Shown: positions 36,896 through 47,956 of the stretch, piece by piece | Layout of the letters: each line of letters starts with the position of its first letter | Numbering within the stretch: the first letter of the stretch is position 1 | From: Fimbriosthenelais zetlandica | Taxonomy: Eukaryota | Length of the DNA stretch: 64,000 nucleotides | Direction: 5' to 3' | Assembly (NCBI GenBank): GCA_977030845.1 | Contig: OZ365116.1 | Span: forward strand, 4,712,001-4,776,000 | Program-made: the position numbers and the translations under genes | Notes under the pieces: model-generated | Seen by the model: the letters and a program-made list of their open reading frames with translations, nothing else | Databases searched by the model: none | What the model was told of the DNA's origin: nothing

Positions 36896-37542
36896 ATTGA
36901 TGGAGTCGGGGGAATAAAGAGCATGAGGTTTTTGGCCTCTGGGGCCTTCAGCTTATACTTATAGGTCTGAGTCAAACTGTGGTCTTATGTCCTAGAGCAA
37001 CCTTTACCTCCCATTATACAAAATGCTCACATTACCCGCTGTGTATCGTCATGAATTTTAAACGAACATCTATTCTTGGCAAGACAGGTGTCTTTCAGAG
37101 GCTGGATACAAGCTGTCAACATCAATATGCCTTGAAAGTAAGCCTTTTTATAGACGACTCGATGTCCATATATACACTGATAGACAGAGGAGAGCCTTCC
37201 TCCATTCTGACCATCAACAAGAAGAACATCGTGTCGCCATGACAACATAGCATGTCTACCACACATAGCCTCTTTGACCCACTTCCGGTGTGACCCCTTA
37301 CTCTTAGCATCTGTTCCTGGAATCATGTCTTCTGCTTTAGCATCACCTTTCCTCCCCAACCCACACACGCACCCAACAACATGCTTTCTCTTCTCATATA
37401 GAGGAAATACCTATCTGTTTTCAACATTAGCAGCATGAAGTGTAGTTGCACTGTCATAAATCCTAAAATTGGGCACCGTTTTTGCACTGCACAGATGGTG
37501 ACAAAATCGGGATCCTGACTACTAACAGTTTTTGCAAGCAAA

Positions 37543-37665
37543 ATGCCACAGTTTTTGTCTCATACTTGCCACTGTTTTTATCCCATACTTGCCATTGATT
37601 TCGTCACCTACTTTCTGCCATTTTTGTAATTTGCTTACCACCGTTTTTTTACCGTCACTTGCCAT
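37543..37665 (+). repeat. Degenerate ~23-bp minisatellite
   Basis: Units resembling CATACTTGCCACTGTTTTTATCC, about 5 copies; the clearest start at 37561 and 37584. Confidence 0.65.
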
Positions 37666-38454
37666 GTCATGTCATATTTCATGATTTTCCCTTTGAGTTC
37701 CAATTCAACTTTCCCCTCAAAAATAAATACTGAAAGACTAACATCAATATACATTGTAAGACAGTTATGTAATTTTAAAGTCTTCAATTCAGTTGAAAGA
37801 AATAAGGTCTCAACTCTTCATTTAGACCCATGTCAGTTTAAGTCACATTGTCATATGCATGAAGGCCATTTTTCAATGGATTCCAGTGCTTGGAGAATTA
37901 ATGATAATAGATTTATTGTGTATTGAGGCGTTTCCCTTGTTCCTTTCATTGACTATAGGTCCCTGAAGTAAACTCTGCCATGCTTGTCCTGCTAGAATCA
38001 TTCCCCTGTCCTCCTCATAGCACCATTCCCCTGACAATAAGGGTAATCACTGATGCACCAAATGCAAATCACAATGTTGATTTGGTTCTCAAGATATATT
38101 CGCTTTTTTCTTGAAAACACTCATATATAACTTTATCCATTGTTGTATGAAGTGATATTCTTTCATATCAGACTACAAGGCTATTCACTATGAGGATGTT
38201 CTAGGTAGAGCATGTATTTTCTGTTGAATATAAAAATAAAGTCAGGCGAAAATATATAAGTTGGTGGGCGGTTGATTCATGTAGGGAGCATGGCTGAGTT
38301 GGTTAGCTGAGAGGGCATACCATTGATGGCACTGGTCACGTGATTAATGTTACCAAGGTTACTCTGATCAATGAAAAGTGAATATCAGGAAGGTTGTTTG
38401 TCAATGGACTAGCTTGTACCTACCCAACATCAAAACAGGATATCGACTTACTAC

Positions 38455-38541
38455 TAGACCTTTCATTCCTCCTATAGTGCCACATTCTAGCGACCTAGCA
38501 CTTCGGCTAAGCCTTCGGCAATAGGACCGTGAAAGGGTCAT
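38455..38541. mobile_element. Small degenerate MITE-like element (possibly PIF/Harbinger type)
   Basis: Left TAGACCTTTCATTCCTCCTATAGTGCC aligns imperfectly with the reverse complement of right GGCAATAGGACCGTGAAAGGGTC. Confidence 0.4.
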
Positions 38542-39167
38542 AATGGTCGCTCATGAAATAATAATCGCAGTTACGCCTTAGAACTTATACATTTTCGATG
38601 TGTGGCGAGCACATCTCTCTACAGTATGTAACCTGAAATTTTGATGAGCGACACAAGAAACCATTGACAGTGACTTGTGTCCTTGACCCTGCCCGTCTAA
38701 TTGCTAACTATGGCCTCCCAACATACTCTACGAAATGCCAAATAAGAGGGGCAAGCAAGATGGAGGACCAAGCAAGACTGCACAAATGGCCATTTTTCCT
38801 CTGACACCGTGCGGATCCCTGGAGGGGCTGGCACAGTCCTACACGCATCGCCCTGATTGGTATTGTCAGCCGCTTCAATGCTAATGAGGCGAACGAAACG
38901 AAAGGAAATAAAAAATATCTCCATCTTGAGAATGCAGACATCCCAGCATGGAGGAAGAGTGAGGCAATCTTACCGGGTTGTATTAGTTAATGATTGTGCA
39001 TTGTGGCTGTAACGTCGGGAAATGTTCCCACTATGTCCCGCACGCTCCCACCAAATGATAACCATGATTGGTCAATGTCATCTCTTTCTCTGGGATTGTG
39101 TTTTACCTGCATTTCAACTAGAGTAAAGGGAAATCGGTAGGTGAGTTTAACATTGTAAGGCCAGCAT

Positions 39168-39226
39168 TAAAACTGGGACTCCACTGCTGCGATTTTGCTT
39201 GCGACACTGCAACAAAGGCGATGCTT
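39168..39226. mobile_element. Solo TIR of the 18580 MITE family
   Basis: TA|AAACTGGGACTCCACTGCTGCGATTTTGCTTGCGACACTGCAACAAAGGCGATGCTT matches the 60-bp TIR with a small deletion. No partner TIR was seen nearby. Confidence 0.85.
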
Positions 39227-42139
39227 ATGTCGCACAGTTCCAAGGTCTTTATACTAGGTCTTCCACTTTTGAAAATTCTTTTATTGGGACACAAGTATAA
39301 GGTGCCCCATGCTCCATTCAAACCGACCATGAGATTTTACTGTGAATGCTCCATGTAATCGGTCGGTTGAATTGGTGTAGGCGGTCTAGCCAGCCAGGGT
39401 GTTGAATTTTAACAGGGCTTATCCATGCATCACACTCAACACGCGTTAAATGTCAGTTATGGATGGGATTTTCTACTGTGAAATAGGATCTCTGTGATTA
39501 ATAACCAGTTGGCTGGCCTGTGACAACTGCGGAATTAGTTGAAATGGAAATCTGAGATACAACCATGGTCTGGAGGTGAAATGGCATATCAGTGGAACAT
39601 GAATCATTGGCCTTGATTTATGCTGTAATCCATACCCAGAATGGCCTCCAGTAGCTGGCCTACTCCATAGATATCATTCTTGTTATTCACTAATCATTAT
39701 AACAATTATACCTTGCTTCAATTCTTTGTAATAGATGCTCTTGATCCTATTCACTGAATCCCCAGCATAGGAAGAATTATAATATTGAATATTATTTGAT
39801 ATTTAATATACATTGTATGCGGCCTATTGTATATCAACGACAATTAAGAATCTATAAAATATTCATGTCAGCTTTCAAGGTACAATGGACCCAAAGGCGA
39901 CAGACAGTTATATTGACCACCCACGTTTATACCTGGCGCACCTTAGATGGATTTTTATAAGGGATCAAGCTATGTACCAGATGGCCGAAAAAGCCCAGAT
40001 CATTAGATATTGAAGATTTCTTCAATTGGTATTTCTTCATGTATCGGTATGTGACCAAATCAAACAAAGCAGCAGATGACAAGTTTACAGGCAATATTAA
40101 AACTAAGGCAGGTTTGTGTAGCACGGGTTTAAGGAACATGTTTGGGGCTGGATGTTGGTCTGAGGAGGAAGGGTTAAGAAGGCTTTCATGGCGCATATTG
40201 TGCGCAGTACCTTTAGTTGATAACAATGCCACTGACAGCTGTTTCCTCACGACTAATGCTCTCCTCCACCTAAACAGAGTGAGAGAGAAGGTGTTGGATG
40301 CACGCTTGGCAGACTGTCTTTATCTGGCCGTGCCATCGCGCTGACATCTCCAGTCACTGTCTCCTGATGAATACACTCTGTCTCACTCACTCATCCAGTC
40401 TCCCTCACTCCTGTCCCATCTATCACGCTTTTCCTGTATTATCGCTGATTTATCCATTCTCTTTCTCTCTCTATGTGTTTCAGCCATCTATATAGTAGAA
40501 TTGTCCCACCACCGTTGCTCTTGTCTCCTCTAGTTTTTCATCTTTCCCTTCTGCATCATTGACAGTACAAAAAGGTATCCACACTTGGGTTTTTGAAGCC
40601 ACTAGCACAGTCATGCCTCTTCATCACTTTCCACATTGTATTTTTTCTAATTTGGGTCCATCAACTGTCGGTCCATATTTCATAACTTTGCTTTTTGACA
40701 TGCAGAAGCTGGGAAAAATTGGGAGAGAATTGGTTATCACAAGTAGAAAAGCTACATTGCATGTGTGGTGTCGTCTCCCATGCATATCCCTACATCTGAA
40801 CACAATGATAAATTCATGTCTAATGCACGAATCATGTTGTCAAGCCACCCGAGGATCTCTTCCTCCTGCTCATGAATATTTTGCCACTCTTCCCGTGTAA
40901 AACCCCTAAAAACCCGAGCTTTCCACGAGGCTACCTCCTCCTCTCACATGCCTCTACACTTGTTGCCTCTGGCCATTACCCGCCCGGGTCGCCCTGCTCC
41001 CTAGTTCATTCACCCTCCATTGTTCTTTTTTAGCTGGGACATGCATTGGCTTCCACGGTCGCTTTTGAGATGGCTTCCTACATGGAAAGGCCAATGTCTA
41101 TTTGTGGCTACTGTCTCCAATGGCGATAGTTCTTATCATGTTATTTGTGTATTTACATTATCATTGTCTGCCTCCTATCACTATCACCAGTCCCATTTAG
41201 ACTAGTGTTCAGATCGCTGTATTACCAAGGCAATAGCAGCAAGTCTTGAGGTTCAATTGTTTAGAGGTCTATGCTTTTAAGCCAAATCTACCTTCTTTAA
41301 GAGGGGCACCTTGCCTCTCAGGTTATATCATAAAATAGCCGACCATATGCCTCTCCCTTCACCATGCATACCATCTACCACCAACCAAGTCAACTAATGA
41401 ATTGCCTATTTATATGTCAGTCAGTGATAAAATGTACATTAAGCAAGCATGGGTAAGCAGTCAATAGCTAACGTTGCTTTCCCTCCACCTATCGCACACT
41501 GGGAAGAAACAAGCTCCACCTATAGCCCCCCGGCAACATTAATCCTAAATGTCTGAGTATAAAATCTTCATTGGTGTGCTCTGGTCGGGGTTACGTCTTG
41601 GTACAAGCTACTTGACTTTTAGTGCCAGGCCAGTCACATAAAATCATGCGCTACCCATTTGGTTGGGTTCAATTGGGCTTGCTCATGATCAGAACAGCCA
41701 TTATGGCGATACTAAAGTAACTACAGAGATAAACTCATGAGGATCTTTAGTAGTCTTCTTTATTATTGCGTTTCTCTCCATCATTCCCGTCAGAAGCACT
41801 TTCAATGCACACATTGCATATTCGATCACTCTCCAATGGGCTATAAACCTACCCCTCCCTTTCTCAAGGGGTAATGAAAGAACAGACGAAAGACAGCATG
41901 GAAATGTGGCAGTACACAATCTGGAGCCATAAATGAAACTCTCATTTCCATAAACTACTAACTAGGCAACAGTAAGTAGTATAAGGATATGGTGATTTGA
42001 CGCTGGGAGATTCAGCAACCAAGGGGGACTTAAAGGAACAACTAGAGTTCCTCCATAGTACACTCAGTTAAGTTTTAAATTATGTAAGAGAACAGGTTTG
42101 TGAAAGTTGAAGTGTCTTAGATTATAATTTGGTACTCAC

Positions 42140-42212
42140 CCAGTAAACATAAACGGATAGCACATCCACATGGGTCAGGTTTGAATTGTGTTCTCTCGTC
42201 CCATCAAACGTC
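42140..42212 (-). other. Candidate internal exon (73 nt), minus strand, probably 5'UTR of SK
   Basis: Strong acceptor TTGTGTTTTTGTTTGCAG|G (AG 42214-42213) and strong donor TGG|GTGAGT (GT 42139-42138). One frame is open (TFDGTREHNSNLTHVDVLSVYVYW). Confidence 0.55.
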
Positions 42213-45200
42213 CTGCAAACAAAAACACAATCTAGTCAGCATATTCTGGAAGGCCTGATAGATTTATGGGAGCACTTTTTATCTGGTTCAATTTTAGAGC
42301 GTGTTAAATGGCCGGTATCATGGGGTTTAAGGTATATGTTTCTCCTTCCAACATGGCAGCTGAGTGTTGGCAGGAAAAGCAGATGGATCACTCCCTCGTT
42401 GACCATGACTATCTGGAAAGTCGTCTGCTGCAAATAACCATAAATACATTGCAGTCCAGGCACCTTCAGACTCCCTGACTAAAACGGCAATGGTTTCCCA
42501 CACGGCCCCGCAGTGAAATTCAGCAAGCTGGTGGAGTAAACAGCGAGCTTGCCCGTCTTTTTATGCCCTGACAGAGGTCGTTAGCGATAGGTCATAAAAA
42601 GCCCAGTCAATGCTGTCTGACTCTTGCCTTTTACAGCCTCTCTTATTCACAAATTTGTCCTACCACACATGCAGTCAAAACAGTTACTTTCTCACACCAC
42701 AGATATTCAGACAAACACTGGAACATCTGTTAAACTAATTCGTTTTCCATTAAAGTCATGCTCAACGCCAATGACATCTTGATAACCCAATAGGTTCTTT
42801 TCGTAATTTATAAAAAATAGCCCACATAACTTTGTTTAAGAGTTCATGAACCTCTGTTATCTGTCATTGGACAATATATTATAGCCCTATTTCCTTACTT
42901 TATATATGAGCCGTGGCATGAACTTTGCCATATTTGACTATGAATCTTGCATTGTGTATAATATATGCAGTCAAAGAATATTGGAACACACAGGGGATGT
43001 TGTTTATGATAACGGTAACTCTGAACCCAACAAGAACCCTTCAGTACCTCTCTGACTACACATGGGGGAGAGAATGCATGCCTTAGCATTGCACTAAGGT
43101 TTCCACTGCTCCCCCATTCCATCTCCCCTTCAAGGCTTCCCCCCTCACATCTTCTTTCTCATCTTCCTCTCATATTACATCACCAAAACACTGATGGCCA
43201 CCTTCCCAACGCCTTGCTCCCACATGAAGAGGATGATTCTCGTTTCGGTATGCAGGGTCATTTCTTGCGTTACCCATTGATCTTTTTTCCTTCTCATGAT
43301 TGTGGAAGAGAACTGCACCACTTGGGTCCCAGTCCCGATTCCATCTTATCATCGGGTAGATTTCAATTGATAACTAAGCCTATGTATTCACAACGGTATT
43401 TCCTAGTCAGCATCATCAGCCTCTTTGTCTTTGAATAAGGTCTCATGATCAGTTTTTCTACCATTTTAAGTGAATTTCAGACGACGTGCATGTATGATTG
43501 ACTGTTTCATGCCCTTTACTTTTCAAGCCTGTCACAAAGGGTATAATATAGCCATATTTACACTAAATATGAATACCCACCGGAAGTTCAATGACATATT
43601 GTGTATAAATGGAATCCTACACTACAAGGCTTATATTTTTATATTACTTCCTTTGCCAATATTTAATCTGAACAAATTATGTCACAAAACTCGTTTCATG
43701 ATGGATATTCATATCCCAGGAGAGAGTTGATTCCACGAAAACCAAATGAGTTGCCTTGGAAATCATAAAATCATAATGAGTCTTCACCGTAATGGTACCA
43801 AGCTAAGCCACCCAAAATTGATATATTTGATTATATACATTCTTGAAAATCATTCAGTTCAGATTACTATCAATAACCATTGACAATAATTGTCAAGAAT
43901 ACTTTTTGAAATAATAAAGGGAAGATGAAAGTATTGCATGGTGCTCGGGTTTGTAGTCAAACATTTGTTATGTGGAGACGGTATCGTTGATGGCTACTTG
44001 TCATAACCATTTATCCCCCACTATTAACGCTCATCTGTCGTCTATTCCTCCCACACTTCCCCCTGCCCCCATGTCCCCCTGGTACCCACTCCTCCTATAT
44101 GGATTCACTTTGATCCTGTTCCTGTTATGACTCGACTAATGAAAATGCGGGGTGAGGAGCATGCGCCACGTCAGAACGAGGCTGCCACATAAAAGCGATC
44201 TGTCCCCGGGAACGCAGCAACCTGATTGGCTCATACATAACAGAGTCCGGGGATTAGCGTCTATCATCCCGGTGAAAAATGGAACTAACTCCATGGAAAA
44301 TAATGCTTGATATAAATAAGTTCTATTTTGTTAGGACCTGGGCCTATTTAAAACAAATTAGCAATTCAAAGTCTATGGCTAATTTTTGTTTTGAAATGTG
44401 CTCCTGATCTCAAATAATATCATAACCAATATTCGTTTGCCGAAAAATATTGTCTGTCCATTCCCCTTATTAAATCTACAGACGGTTTTATCGATCGTCT
44501 ATTATCTTCCATAGTGACGATGCTTATCTCCTCCAGTTAGCCTCAGCTAGATCACCTCTAGATCAGTTCCATGCACAAATTATAATATTAAACATTGTTA
44601 ATATTAGATCTATATTGCTTCTGTCCCAAGCTGAATTTCAACTGCAAAAGAAAAGCCTTTCATGGGAAAGATTTTCTTAAAATTAGTCAAATAAAACGTA
44701 CAAGAGAGAGGTCCATGCTGAGGCATCGCACCCATTTACTGTGCAAACCTGATCCTAATCCTGACACAAAAGCCTGGTCCCTCTGCTCCTGCTTCCCCCG
44801 GCTTCCCTCTATATACCTACACTGTGATCCCGGGCTATGACTGTCAGGGAATTACTCTTCCAAAGCCTGTGAATGTAAAGGTAGGGGATTTATTACAGTG
44901 AGAACATAGCCTCTACTGAATATGACTATACCCGTGTATTCATACAGCCACTGGCTTAATGCCTAAGCCATGCAAGGCCTGAAAACAGGTCTGTGTAAAA
45001 TTCATTAACCCAAGGCTCATACATCTGACATAGGTTACAATGGATCAACTAGTACATACACACTCCCTTCCACCCGACTACTTCTTACATATTTTCCATC
45101 TATTTTGTTGCAATGCAATGCTCACATGCGCATAATATGCAGGCCTAAATAGTGCTTTCATTCAAAGTGCAAAAGTGCGGTGGGGGAGCAGTTATTGTAA

Positions 45201-46956
45201 ACATCCTTTGAAATATGCCAATCTGACAAATGGGAAATATACAACAGTTAACTGACTCAACTGACTCTGCATCAGCTGGAAGAATTCAGGGCTAGGAAAT
45301 GTATGACAAATTCTCAATCAGGCATGAATTTATCAGAGGCTAATACTAGAAACAGGGAGAATGCTTTGCTGGAATTCCAGGAGTGTTTCAACCTCCTGAA
45401 AGCAAGCTATATGACCATTAAGGATCAGACATAAATGCAATATCAAAGCTGCTTTATCTAATTCAGCATGAACAGGATGCCCAACAGCACATAGAAGAAT
45501 GATGATATACGTGCATATATTTTCAAGCTCTGAACACTATGTTAATGAAAATGCTGAATGCGGCCTCAATGTTGATGAAATTCCATGTAAAATGCCTTCA
45601 TCATTCACGAGGGCATTACTTTGAATCGATGATTTAATTTTGAGTCCAAGTTCTATTGCCAAGGCTTTGAAAAAAGGTGTTCAATAGTTAGTGGGAACCC
45701 GTTACAACCGTGGCTGATTCCGCTCACTTGCCGCGATTTATGACCGACATAAAGCGGGTTTTAGTTCCTCCAAATAACCAGACATGGCCGACATGTTGGT
45801 CACCCGGGAATTTTACACACTCTAATGAGATCTAGTGTCAGCCAAACACACTCTGACCACTTCATGTGATTTCTCTGTTGATTTATCTTGGGGGAAAGCG
45901 TTTCACATTCTGTCCCTGAGCACCATACTCGCGCATCCCATAATAATACGGCACTTCCGGTTGCGTTTTTTGCTCAACAAAGCACCGTTTGTGTGATGGA
46001 GAATGTGTGAGAAAATAGCCATTCCAACCCTGCAGCATTTCACAGCTATTAAAGGTCATATTTAGCTTCAGATGTAAGATCTCGTGCGGGGCTTGGAATC
46101 TCGCGAGAAGTGGCCATTAGCCAAGGAGCTATGGCTGCTTGACATGAAAGCTGGATGAAAGCGAGAGTGTATTACTCTAGTAATACCAAAAAAATCCAGG
46201 CATCCAAACAACGCCATGGCCAATAAAGGCAGTATATTTAGAGAGAAAATACCCACCCATAGCTTTTTATTGTGATTCTGAACTGTTCCGAGCACATGTT
46301 TTCGCAAATTCCTCGACAATCAGTTGGCTCTGCATGGTTCAATTTGCCTTTGTTAGGCACAAACCTACATGCAATATGTGGTAATGATTTTCAATAGAGA
46401 ACCATTGTGAAAGGCCTGAGGTGCTAATTCACTTTCCAAAATGTGACAGCTGTGTCATTTTGGCTGCTAATACACAGTCATGTTATTGATGCTTGAAAGA
46501 TCAATGATGTCTTTCTTGCAATATTAATGGACCCTCCTTCCCTAAAAATACCTTCACTGTGACCAATGGGTGTCTCCTGATAAAATATTCAATGTGTTCA
46601 ATAATGAACATCCTCAGAGCGTCCCTTCTATCCCTGCTGTTAAATTGTCGACTGAGGTTGCATATATATGAGACTTTAACTTTCTCACTTCACTATTGTT
46701 GATTTTAATTTGTTCTGATTTGATTTTTAAAGTAGTGGTAATTGGCTAAAATATAGTGTGTTGAAACCCACAAAAGTGTATAAACTTACAAACCTTTTTA
46801 GTGATTCTTTATCTCCAGTTCTGTACGTGGAGTCAATTATTACTGTCGATAGTTCCAAACAATGCCCTGTATCCATCCTTCTTACGTCCATCCATCTTCA
46901 TGCCTACCCTAACCCACCCAATACCCAATACACCTCCACTCACCCTCACCCCCTTA

Positions 46957-47090
46957 CCCCATCCACAACCCCGCCAAATGCCTCCCACATCCATGGTCAT
47001 GCATGTTCACTGACAGCCCAAATAATTAGTCCCAGCCCACCTGACCTTTCCCGTGATTGGTCACGTGATGATAGTTTGCCATCTTGCCGC
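46957..47090 (-). promoter_or_regulatory. Candidate promoter/first exon, minus strand
   Basis: On the minus strand: YY1-type CAAGATGGC (47086-47078), E-box CACGTG (47067-47062) abutting CCAAT (47060-47056), then donor GGG|GTAAGG (GT 46956-46955). Confidence 0.4.
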
Positions 47091-47917
47091 TTGGTGGCAG
47101 TATGACAGGAGGTTTATCTATTATGAGCAGATCCGTCTTCTTGATATAGCCCTTACGTACTTGGAGGAATCTTTATTTTTATATATAATCCACAGTTCAA
47201 ATGCATTGTGCAAGATCTCAATTTGAATCTTAACCAGGATATTTTGATAGGTAATCTGATGACTATCATTGGACTTTTGAATATCATTGGTCTTGTTTGG
47301 TCGTGATTTTAAACATACCAACATGTCCCCTGGTTATAAATGTGAATGCCTTCTCATGGCATGCCATTAGTTCTCTGTATCCAGGCTGGTGAGTGAATAC
47401 CACCAGCACATGGCTGCGAGTATATCCATCATGATAGAGAATGAAACATCACTGGCCTCATCATTAATGGCTGCACATTAGATAGTAATATCCAGTGGCT
47501 CTGTACTGATTGCCTCAGAATTGTTCTAAGATATATATTTCCCCTACTTCTATGAACTAATTTCCCGAATGAATATTAAAACTTTCTTGAATGTGACTGT
47601 TCAAAATGAACTTTCATAGATATACTCAGTTGAAACAAAATGTAATAGGCTATATATATTCATTTTCTGGAAATTTCCATGGCAGTATAGAATAGCCTTT
47701 AATATCCCTGGAGGCATTCATTCACAAAGGCCCCTTCCTATATTTCGGTCTGACTGCGCAAAATTGTTGCGATGAAAGAAGGACGGAAGGAAGGCCATAC
47801 AAGTTCCTGTTAACTACAGAGGTTTCCTTATATCCAGTCCCAGTCCGGAGATGATGATGCCAAAAATGACTGGAGGCTTCACAAAGCTAGCATGGCTATT
47901 TCCACTTCTATCTTCGA

Positions 47918-47956
47918 GCCCCGCCGCCCCCGCCCACCTGCCCCTGCTATATTATA
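47918..47956. promoter_or_regulatory. GC-box cluster followed by a TATA-like element
   Basis: GCCCCGCCGCCCCCGCCCA (Sp/KLF-type) at 47918-47936 and TATATTATA at 47948-47956. Confidence 0.3.

Noticed and set aside
38285-38306. Perfect-looking tRNA A-box TGGCTGAGTTGGTTAG
   Set aside because: No B-box or cloverleaf follows. At most it is a SINE fragment.
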